Below, piece by piece: positions 1 to 14,414 of a DNA stretch of 64,000 bases. The stretch lies in assembly GCA_973895155.1 (NCBI GenBank), contig OZ316897.1, forward strand, positions 10,253,832-10,317,831, read 5' to 3'. The translations under genes were made by a program, and so were the position numbers. The DNA comes from Marsupella aquatica (lineage: Eukaryota > Plantae > Marchantiophyta). Under the pieces are notes generated by a model. It was not told the DNA's origin. It saw only the letters and a program-made list of their open reading frames with translations, and ran no database searches. The first letter of the stretch is position 1. Each line of letters opens with the position of its first letter.

Positions 1-2
1 TA

Positions 3-650
3 ATTTGTTTCCAACATGAACTGGAGAAAGTGCCAATCACCAAGCAAGCAAGGTTTAATTTTGGAATTGAAGATGTAGAAGTGTTTGGTGAACCAAAGAT
101 GCTTCTGCCGAAACCATTAGAAATAAGATGTAAAGGAAAACTAGTTTGGATTGAACTCACCAAGATTTGGCGAAGTGACCAAAATTTGGTCAAAGGATTT
201 ATTTTGAATTCAGTGAAAGGAGGTTATGCTGTAGCAATCGCAGGGTATATAGCTTTTCTCCCCAAGAGTCTTCTCAAAAGTAGAAAAGTATTTTATAGTC
301 AATGGAGAATATTCTCCATTTTGAACATGAAACCAGAAATCAGTAATATCGTGGTAAAAGAGATTGGTGATGGCAAAATAGATTATTTTTCGACGCCAAG
401 ATCGCATCAGGAACGAACAAAGCATTTAGGCGCGAAGCTAAAACACCGGCGAGACGTGGAGAGGAACACGAACGTCAAGAAAAAAAATATTTTTTCCGAG
501 AAAGTTCCTACGACCAAAAGGACCAAACAGAGCTTCAAGCATTTAGGCCCAAAGCCTCCTCTCACCCATACCGAGAAAAAACGTGAAACTACTAAACAAC
601 CCACCAAAAATAACGTATTTCGACTCAAAGACCAAGGCCGGGGCAAATAA
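3..650 (+). CDS. rps1: Mitochondrial ribosomal protein S1, 3' part (5' end outside window)
   Basis: Frame is open from base 3 (ICFQHELEKVPIT...). S1 domain motif VKGFILNSVKGGYAVAIAGYIAFLPKS. Lies upstream of atp8. Confidence 0.9.
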   Translation: MCFQHELEKVPITKQARFNFGIEDVEVFGEPKMLLPKPLEIRCKGKLVWIELTKIWRSDQNLVKGFILNSVKGGYAVAIAGYIAFLPKSLLKSRKVFYSQWRIFSILNMKPEISNIVVKEIGDGKIDYFSTPRSHQERTKHLGAKLKHRRDVERNTNVKKKNIFSEKVPTTKRTKQSFKHLGPKPPLTHTEKKRETTKQPTKNNVFRLKDQGRGK

Positions 651-1147
651 TTAGTTTTTGTTGGTGCGTTAACGCGGTTAAAAACTAGATGCGAAGAGGG
701 GATGTCACGCAAATAATCCAGTAGTGCGACTACAAGCGATGTCTCATCGCCCCAAGCCTCAGGTAATGCGGGGGGGTATGCCCACATGTATACTCAGGAC
801 CTCAGTAATGAAAAGGGGAGGTTGCCTGCGGCCCTTTAGCTAATCACTGAAAAATTATTTTCTTTGCGTTTCCGGCCGGCTTTAAAATTTCCGGCCCATG
901 GCGGAGTACTAGGTTTCGGGCGGGTCCTTTGCGAAGCGAATAAAAGCTCTGCTTTTTCGTTCTGGCCCGATACAGGCATGATTCCCCCGTGTCCTTCGGA
1001 CCCAGACTACGCGCATGGCCTCGGATGATAAAATAATTATCCCCCACCCAGAACGACTCAGAGCGCAAATAAAGTATATATTTTATTTGGCTGGGCGGAG
1101 CGCGATTCAATAAGTATTGGAATCGGTAAAAAAAAAAGTGGAAAAAA

Positions 1148-1666
1148 ATGCCTCAACTAGATCAATTTACGTATTTGACACAATTCGTTTGGTTATGCGT
1201 GTTTTATATGACTTTTTATGTATTATTATATAATGATGGATTACCCAAAATAAGTCGAATTATCAAACTAAGAAAACGACTGGTATCGCAGGAAAAAGTA
1301 GGCGCGAAGCAGAGCAATGACCGTGTAGAACAGGATGTGGTTTTCAAAGAATGTTTTCAAGCCAGTGCAAACTATCTGTACTCAAGTGTATCCGGAGCAT
1401 CTAAGTGGTGTAAAGGAATGGTCCAACTCGCAAATACTAATAAATTGCAACGAATGAATAAAGATTATGTATCTTCTTTGGGAGAGATTAGTGTATCACA
1501 AGTGATCAAAAAGAACGCACTTTCAACCCTGAGTCCTTCTACTTATCAAACAACTTTTCTAGCTTCACGTCAAACCACCGCTCTTAACAAAATCTATGTT
1601 TTACGCGGGCAAAAGAGAACTCTGGCGAAGATAAAGAACGGACCGAGAAAAAAAAAAAATTCATGA
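1148..1666 (+). CDS. atp8: ATP synthase subunit 8 (172 aa)
   Basis: Diagnostic MPQLDQFTY N-terminus and LPKISRIIKLR motif. Confidence 0.95.
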   Translation: MPQLDQFTYLTQFVWLCVFYMTFYVLLYNDGLPKISRIIKLRKRLVSQEKVGAKQSNDRVEQDVVFKECFQASANYLYSSVSGASKWCKGMVQLANTNKLQRMNKDYVSSLGEISVSQVIKKNALSTLSPSTYQTTFLASRQTTALNKIYVLRGQKRTLAKIKNGPRKKKNS

Positions 1667-1729
1667 GATGTAACGAAGAAGGGGAAAGGAAAAAAAATGT
1701 TATGTAGAACTAACGCCCTACATCTCCGG

Positions 1730-1925
1730 CCTCAACTAGATCAATTTACGTATTTGACACAATTCATTCGGTTATGTTTGGTTCATATTACTCCCCATTT
1801 CGTCTTATATTCAGTATTGGTTTTTACCAATACTGAATGGCCGCCCTGTATCCTACTGAGAAAACGACTGGTACCGCAGGAAAAAGTAGGCGCGTAGCAG
1901 AGCAATGACTGTGTAGGGCGGAATG
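1730..1925 (+). pseudogene. atp8: Degenerate tandem copy of the atp8 5' region
   Basis: ctcaactagatcaatttacgtatttgacacaattc and gaaaacgactggtaccgcaggaaaaagtaggcgcg match atp8 at 1152-1320. It lacks the atp8 ATG, has TAG at 1895-1897, and its middle is replaced. Confidence 0.85.
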
Positions 1926-3427
1926 TTCTCACGAGTGAACCAAGTAGGTCCGGGAGTTGGATAGCTCTAAATTTAGTGTACCCGACTTCCATTCGCTCCT
2001 TCCCCATTCTTGGTTTTTTCATCTGAGTCTTAAAAGATCAAGTGGATTTTTGGTATATTCCGTGTGTATTTTGCTACACGTAATTTCTATTTATTTTTTA
2101 CAGTTACAGGAAAAGTCTTTTTACTACGGGTCCCACACTCTGGCTCTAAGATTTTACAAGACCTGTGATTTCGATGTATTTCCATGGATCAATTATTCAA
2201 GGAGTACGTTTTGATGGCCTTATAGAATTTAACTTGGAACAGCTGTTTGGTTCAGTTTTCAAAACTACGGAGGATTTATTTCACCAGGTTCGAATTTATT
2301 GACCGATGCCCTGGAGGGCGAAGGCCTTCCACCCACATGGGGAGTATTCTTCTTCTGGTGCTCGAAGGGTACCTCCGGGCATTTGCTCTACAAGAGCAAA
2401 TAGCTGTTGAGCGACCGCCAAGACCTAACCATTATCCTAACAAATCAGATGTGCTGTTTGGTCACTTTCGTAGCACCAGCCGCCACTCCCATATCCCCAC
2501 GCAAATAAACCTCATGTATGGGGTTATATACTCACTAGGCACTACATTTAATAGTAGCATCAAAAGGGCCGCCCGAGCGCTTCGGGGGGTATCGGTGGCT
2601 GACCGCATCAAGTCTCAACCTATGGAAATAAAGACCGTGCTGGGTACGACAGCCACGGCCGTGGGGAACTACCGAAAAGTCGAATTGAATAAATCGAAGG
2701 CTGCTAACGGGGCAGCTCATACCGCTAATGGCTTGGAATGGCATAAGCTTTAAATAAGCATTTGGAGCCAACGACGCGATTATCTTAATAATAATGTAAC
2801 ACACGCAGAACAGGAACTAAGGGATGTTATACGGCACGATGAGTCCCGGCGCCGCGTAACAAACAGCAGGGGCGGGTGGTTTGGCTCTACAGTGAAATAA
2901 ATACAGGGCCAACAAATTGCAATCTGAGGCTGCTGTACAGTCACATACCAAGGCCTTGGAAGATAATAAGAAAACTTTGGGCGATGGCTGGCAAACCTGC
3001 CACATGTACCTGCTCCTGAAGTTCCTTCAGGCGTCCCACAGCCTTCAACCGCACCGACCCCCCTCCGGCGCCGCCTCTATCACAACGTTTCGCCGCACCT
3101 GCTTCGGATACTTTATAACTCGCTACCACCTTGCATTTAGCTAAAAAGTACGGGGTTCGTGATTTATTATCAAACGAAAAACCGGCGAGAGCAGCTTCAT
3201 ATTTGGCAAAAGGGAAAGATTGGTGCGTGCTGTCGGTTTCTGGAGAATCTCGCGTCTCTTTTTCAGGACGGACTTGGGGCCTATTAAACAATAAGCTTAT
3301 AGTTCTATTGGACACGTAGGTTATCTGTTCACTGGTTTCTCATGCGGAACCATATAGATTTATTAATGACCATTAATGCTTTTGCCATAGTTTTTTTTAG
3401 TATTACGTCGAAACAGTTCCAAACTAT

Positions 3428-3472
3428 GGTTACAGCATTTTCTTCGATTGCACCTAAAATAGCTATTCTTGT
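3428..3472 (+). pseudogene. Short nad2-like fragment in spacer
   Basis: Translates VTAFSSIAPKIAI, matching the Nad2 motif VTAF(F/L)SIAPKIS. Very short. Confidence 0.5.
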
Positions 3473-4032
3473 TTATCTCTCGATTGGTTTCACTCATCAG
3501 GACTTTCAGAGAGGGTGGGAACGAAAATAAATAGATTTTGTCGCGAAACAGAAAGCGTTTATGCGCTTTGCTTATCCCACCGTAGATATTTATGCTATGC
3601 CCTGGGAGGGCTTTTGCCATCAAGACCTAGGGGCTGTGGGGCAAGCACATACAATTGCTCAGACAATTTGGGCTATATCCGAGGCTTGAATGGTAAACAA
3701 TACCAATTAATAAAAAAATAGGTTTACGCTAGCAATCCCTGTCTTTCTCATTAGTTCTTCCTTTCCATAACCGTCTTCCTCGTTTTTAGTTACTCATCAA
3801 ACGGCATTTCGCCTATGTTTATGAGCTTGATAATTTCTCGGGGGACGCATCACAAAAAAATATTTTGTTTTTTCAAAGTATAAATCATTTAGGTTAACAC
3901 GGGCCGGGCGCTTGCGTTTAGCGGAGACATTTATTCCATTAGCAAAGCCGCGCTGGGTGGAGCCCTTGGCCGAGCGCCCCGAAAGGAACGAAAAGAAACG
4001 AATTTCGCGGCTGGAAAAAAAAGGTGAAAGCG

Positions 4033-4293
4033 ATGAAAACTCATAGAGAAACCTTGGGGCATTGGCTTCTTCAAAGAATTACTGCTGCTTTTTCAATACC
4101 TACCATTCTTATAGCAAATGTATCCACTCTGATTCTGCTAAATATCTTGTTATTTTGGCATATTCATGTGGGAATCGAAGAGATTTTGGCAGATTATGTT
4201 CACCATGAAGTAACACGAAATTGGATCTTGATTCTTCTTAGAGTATTCTGTTTAATAATTATCAAATATGTTTTTGTGTTTTTTGTTCTTTGA
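4033..4293 (+). CDS. sdh4: Succinate dehydrogenase subunit 4 (86 aa)
   Basis: HWLLQRITA and [15 protein letters not shown] motifs. ATG at 4033. Confidence 0.93.
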   Translation: MKTHRETLGHWLLQRITAAFSIPTILIANVSTLILLNILLFWHIHVGIEEILADYVHHEVTRNWILILLRVFCLIIIKYVFVFFVL

Positions 4294-4721
4294 AATAATT
4301 AAGAACCAGAGTTCAGATGGCGCCTTGAACCAAAGGTAGGCGCCGAGTAAGTTCCTGTATTACCGTAGGGGGGCGGGTCCGAGCGAGACATGAGACTAAC
4401 GGCCCAAAGGCCACGAGACTCTTGTAGGTAGAGTAGGAACGACTACGTACTCTCCCCTCTCCTTCTAGTCTTCATGCCCGTAAATGAGCCATTTCCGGCC
4501 TCATCGGCCCCTCGGGCGGCCCTTCGAGTACTCAACTATAGGGAGAGGCCCCGGGACTGTCAGACGTGAGAGGGAAAGAAAGGGCTTTGGGAATTATTTA
4601 TTTATCGGGTTGCACGTCCGGTGATTACTCCGGGCCCGGCGCTTCCCCCGGAAAATAGGAAAGAAATATATTTTCCTGGAGCACTTCAATCGAGTTGGCT
4701 TTCGAAACGGAGACTATTATT

Positions 4722-7700
4722 ATGGATCTAGTAAAATATTTAACATTTTCTATGATTCTTTTTCTTTTAGGTATTTGGGGAATTTTATTAAATAGAAAAA
4801 ATATTCTTATTATGTCAATGCGTGCGCCGCGTAGAGTAGAGTGTGCTCGTACGAAACGTACCATGAATATGTTCATCATGTAAAGCATCCCGCTATCCTT
4901 TAGGGGAAATCCCAAGGGGTATTGTAGCATGCCGGGAAAAGGGGAGCGAAACCGAAAAAACCAATTTTTTTGCCCCGAGCTATTAGGTGCTATGGATTCG
5001 TTCCCAAGTTAGCTGGAGGGTGTAACCTCAGTCTGGCAGCGACGACCCGACGATCCTGAGAATATATGCCGCCAGCAGTAAGAGCGGCCTTCTTACAGCC
5101 ACCGCCTCTGGCATTGGGGTTAGTTGAAAGAGTGGAAACATACTGCGGGACAGCTACCACAAAATGTGGGTAATGACTCGAATCCTAAAGAACCTATTTT
5201 GACACACAAACACGAAACGTGGGAATGCCTAAGGTCGGTGACGGCTAATCAATCTACTTAGGGGGTCGGGGGAAGGGCGGCGGCCCCGTCGTGGAAAGGC
5301 ATCGGGTGTTCCGTAGTAGCGAGTATCGCGAAGGGATCAAGAGAGAGATCACTTACCGGGGACGACTGGCTCGTATGAGTTGTATCGCCCGTTGTAGGGA
5401 AGGCTCGCCCCGAACTAACCGGACTCGGGGACGGAAGGGAAGAGATAACCCTGAAATCGTCAAGCCGAAGGGCTAGAGGCACGTAGTGCGCGGGGAGCGT
5501 GTTCGGGTGATATCGTGCGCGGAAATTGTAAAGTCCTTCGGAACCTTCGGCGCTTCCTTCATAAAGCCAAAGAAGTCTCGGTCGGACCCAAGGGGCGACC
5601 AGCGGCCCGGGGACTTTTTCTGTCATTTTATGCCCGTGGAGCGGATACTTGAGGGGTCTTCGTCGGTCCGAAGGACCTAAAGGTCGAAAATAGCTTGTAG
5701 ATTCCCGCACCCTAGCGAGAGAGAGAACTCAGGGCCACAGGCTGGTGGATTTCCGAAAGTAAGAGTTGTGAAAGACACTTGAAGAGGTCGATCCAGCTAC
5801 CTCAGCGACTATCTAGTCATGGTCATTTACGTACGGAGGACTCCGTAAGACCATTGTGTGGGCCTCCGGGTCAGGAGACTCTTTTGGCTTTACAGGGCCT
5901 CCTCTTTTCTATATAGTCGAGTGCCACGCATCTCTCCTCGCTCCGTATGGGCCTTCTCTCGTAGAGGCAGAGAAGTTTGCGGAAATAACTTATTTCCGCG
6001 AACGAGTGCCATAGGGAGAGGTGCATAGCACTTTGTGGGTCCGAAGGACGCTGAACCTATCGGGTCGAGCACTATGTGCCTATCGGGTCTCGCGCCCCTC
6101 GTACCTGCCGGAAGAGGGCGCAACTACCGATACAGGATTTGTTTTTTCATCTCGGAGAGCCGTATGCGGGGAAATCTTGCACGTACGGTTCGGAGGGGGG
6201 CCACCCAAGCATAAAAAATATTTTCTTACCTTACGCAACCCTCCCTTCCCCTGGTCTTCGCACTACGACGTGCTTCTCCCTATGGGTCCGGAGGTGCGTA
6301 AGCACTTACAGACGGGAGACTTACTTTTTCGGCTTTGCGGAAGAAGCGCCGAAAGCCGGAAATGGCTCGATGATTTCCGTGTACGAAGACTAGAAGGAGG
6401 GGGCGGCCAAGTGCCCGAAGGGCTGTAGGGTTCGGGTCTCGTGCCCTTTGGGCCTTTAAACTAAAAAGTTTCTGCCCGCAGGCTCGTAGTGCTCGACAAA
6501 AGGGAGAAGGTCTCTGCTATCGGGCGGGTGGCCCACCCCCTACCAATTGAGTTAATGTTACTTGCTGTCAATCTGAACTTTTTGGTATTTTCTGTTTATT
6601 TGGATGATATGATGGGTCAATTATTTGCTTTATTTGTTTTAACGGTGGCTGCTGCGGAATCCGCTATTGGGTTAGCCATTCTGGTTATTACTTTTCGAAT
6701 TCGCGGTACCATTGCAGTGGAATTTAGGGCGACCGTTCGCGTCGCTTACAGTCATTGTTTAGCCATATGGAGAAGAATTACTATTCTGTGCTCACCATAT
6801 AGCAGCAAACCACGCGAGACCTTATTCCGCGTGCCGGGCATAGAGCTTACCTAAACCCCGTGTAAACGGGTGGGAACCGGAGCATGCTCTAGAAGCGTAG
6901 TTGAGGGGGATAGAAGGGAAGGTTGAACCCTTAGACTACTAAGTCAGCTCGCTATTGTACGAGATGAGAACCAGCTGTGACAAATCGAAGTCTCTTTCGG
7001 TTAAACTGGACCCGCCGCGGTGAACCGTGCGAATGTGGTGACGCGCACGAATACGCGCTGTCAAGCTCTCAGTCTGTCGTTGATAAATTACGGTAAGACC
7101 AGAATGGTAACTTCCGGTCTGCAGACATTGCAGAGCCTCAAGGAGGGAGCAGATTACCCAAACTACTGGGGACAAGAGACTAAACGACATCTCGATACGA
7201 AACGGCCTTGCACGAACAACCGGCCAAGAACTGTAGGCAACACCGGTGAGGTCCACTTCAGTCATCTGGACGGAGGTGGACGTCAGAGAGCCCGTAGTAC
7301 TCGCCTACCCGAAGGGTGAAAAAAGAAAAAAAATATTTTTTCTTTTCCTACTCGGCACAAGGGAAGGGGCTTAAGCGTCTGCTATATCTTAGCAGATCGG
7401 ATTCAACCAAGTCCTCATCAAATAAGGATCCCAAGGACCCCGCCGGACGGGTCGATACGCGGAAAAAGCATATTTGGGCTGACGCGGATCTTTGGATTTT
7501 TAGATTTTGTAAAAAAAATACGCTACGCGCCTCGTTTCGTAAATGCACCATGTTCGGCGGGGTCTCAAGGACGAGGGGGGCTCGTATAAGAGAATGCTTG
7601 GTTTTATTCCTTCCCACCCACTAGAATCGCACATGAGCGCTATAGTGGGAAAGCAAGTTACTTCATGTAACTCACGCCACTTGTAGGCCCACATAGGTCG

Positions 7701-7894
7701 CTGCAAAAACAAGCCAAGACCTTGCGACAGAAGCGAATCCAAAGTAAGGTTGAATCGGAGAGCCGTATGATGGGCGACCATCTCGTACGGTTCGGAGAGG
7801 GCTCGAGTACCAATGCATTCAATATGTGTCTGGGAAAGAACAAATATATATATATATATATTTATCCACTCTATTCAATTGCATGAAGGGTTAA
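4722..7894 (+). CDS. nad4L: NADH dehydrogenase subunit 4L; exons 4722-4821, 6544-6726, 7875-7894 (303 nt)
   Basis: Spliced exons give [10 protein letters not shown]...NRKNIL...[12 protein letters not shown]...[10 protein letters not shown]...GTIAVEFINCMKG*. Junctions are GTGCG/AC and GGGCG/AT. Confidence 0.93.
4822..6543 (+). mobile_element. Group II intron nad4Li100g2 (no maturase ORF)
   Basis: GTGCG 5' end after CDS nt 100. Domain V gagagccgtatgcggggaaatcttgcacgtacggttcgg at ~6155-6193. 3' end ccctac. Confidence 0.9.
6727..7874 (+). mobile_element. Group II intron nad4Li283g2 (no maturase ORF)
   Basis: GGGCG 5' end after CDS nt 283. Domain V gagagccgtatgatgggcgaccatctcgtacggttcgg at ~7758-7795. 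3' end ctctat. Confidence 0.9.
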
Positions 7895-7941
7895 GCACAA
7901 AACATGTGCTTCGCCTCCATTTTTCAAATACGAAGTATACT

Positions 7942-8024
7942 TGGGAGAGACAGGATTCGAACCTACGTAGAAAACCTTCAGCAGATTTACAGTCTGTCGC
8001 TTTTAACCACTCGGCCACTCTCCC
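7942..8024 (-). tRNA. trnY: tRNA-Tyr(GUA)
   Basis: Reverse complement GGGAGAGTGGCCGAGTGGTTAAAAGCGACAGACTGTAAATCTG...GGTTCGAATCC...CTCTCCCA. Cloverleaf with long variable arm. Confidence 0.95.
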
Positions 8025-8170
8025 TATGATGAGTAAGCTTCTATTTTCCGGCGGTGCAATGGGACTCTGACGAAAAATAGGTCAATCCACGCGTGTACCG
8101 TTGTTCCTATGGACTGATCGAACAAGTAGAAGGATGTACCGTTGATATCTATTATTCATTGCACACCTTA

Positions 8171-8244
8171 CGCATCCTACAGGATTTGAACCTGTGACCT
8201 TCAACTTAGAAGGTTGTTGCTCTATCCAACTGAGCTAAGAATGC
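8171..8244 (-). tRNA. trnR: tRNA-Arg(UCU)
   Basis: Reverse complement GCATTCTTAGCTCAGTTGGATAGAGCAACAACCTTCTAAGTTG...GGTTCAAATCCTGTAGGATGCG. Anticodon TCT. Confidence 0.95.
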
Positions 8245-8448
8245 GGCACATTACTAACCATTTCGCAAAAAAAAAGTGAATTCCAGAGAAGAAAGAAGCT
8301 TGCTTCTTTCTCCTCTCCCGCTTTATTCGCATCGCGAATGGAGGCCGAAAGGAGGGAAAGGGTCCGATGGAATAAAACAAACAAAAAATATTTTTTTTTG
8401 CTTTGCGTTTTCCTGGTTTTGATCAGGTTCAACACATGACGAAATATA

Positions 8449-9195
8449 ATGAATTTTGTATTAAAAACTATTTTGGAGGAAGTTCGAATTCGTTTTTTTT
8501 GGATATTGATTTGCTCTAGTTTTACATGGTTTACATGTTATTGGTTCTCGGAAGAGTTCATTTTTCTATTAGCTAAACCCTTTCCTAGTTTGCCTTATTC
8601 AGACTTATCTTTCATTTGTACACAATTAACGGAGGCCTTGAGCACATATGTTACTACGTCTTTAATATCATGCTTTTACTTTCTATTTCCTTTCCTGGGT
8701 TATCAAATTTGGTGTTTTTTGATGCCCAGTTGCTATGAAGAACAGAGACAGAAATACAATAAATTGTTTTACTTAAGTGGTTTTTGCTTCTTTCTGTTTT
8801 TTCTCGTGACTTTTGTTTGGGTAGTTCCCAACGTTTGGCACTTTTTATACGAATTAAATACAACATCAACTAATTTACTTATAATAAAGTCACAACCTAA
8901 GATTTTTGACTATATTATGTTAACCGTTCGTATCTTATTTATTTCATCAATATGCTCTCAAGTACCTGTACTTGTGATTTGTTTGCTGGAATCGAGAGGA
9001 GTGAAAACCCTTATAAAAAATCGTCGTTTTTTCATGGTTTTTTCGCTTTTCGTAGCAGCTTTTTTTACACCTCCGGATATCTGGTGTCAAATCGTCGCTT
9101 GCTTACCTATTTATTTTATAATAGAGTTGACCATTTTTTACGCATCGATTATACGAGTTTATAGGAGGCAACTAGCCCCCTCTAACCAACACTGA
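8449..9195 (+). CDS. tatC: Sec-independent translocase TatC/MttB
   Basis: [26 protein letters not shown] and FTPPDIWCQ motifs. Hydrophobic 248-aa protein. Confidence 0.93.
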   Translation: MNFVLKTILEEVRIRFFWILICSSFTWFTCYWFSEEFIFLLAKPFPSLPYSDLSFICTQLTEALSTYVTTSLISCFYFLFPFLGYQIWCFLMPSCYEEQRQKYNKLFYLSGFCFFLFFLVTFVWVVPNVWHFLYELNTTSTNLLIIKSQPKIFDYIMLTVRILFISSICSQVPVLVICLLESRGVKTLIKNRRFFMVFSLFVAAFFTPPDIWCQIVACLPIYFIIELTIFYASIIRVYRRQLAPSNQH

Positions 9196-9295
9196 GCCAT
9201 GGCCAAATTTCGCTCGCTACTACGCAGCTTTAACCATTTCTTTTTTCGTCCAGCAAATTTGTTTTGTCTCCGGGCTATGCATGGGGAAGCGCTGA

Positions 9296-14212
<4,917 letters not shown>

Positions 14213-14306
14213 AAAGCAAACAAAATACCGTCTTCCATTTTGCTTTTCCGTGCGTTTGATCCCCGCCGACTTGCTTGACTGTTTCATCTCTCAAAACCTA
14301 CGCGGT

Positions 14307-14410
14307 GTAACTAATCATGCTTTTATGCCTATTGTCGTAGAAGCTTTTTATTTGAATGATTATGTTTCTTGGGTATCCAATAAATTAGACTAAAAAGCAA
14401 ACAAAATACC
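14307..14410 (+). repeat. Direct duplication of the cox2 3' end plus spacer, immediately before cox3
   Basis: aactaatcatgc.tttatgcctattgtcgtaga...gggtatccaataaatt.gacta.aaagcaaacaaaatacc repeats 14128-14229. Confidence 0.9.
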
Positions 14411-14414
14411 AATT

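Noticed and set aside
30-32. GTG start for rps1
   Set aside because: The frame is open to the window edge, so the real start is upstream.
3740-3820. Possible sdh3 fragment before sdh4
   Set aside because: Only a vague NGI-like match, too short to support.
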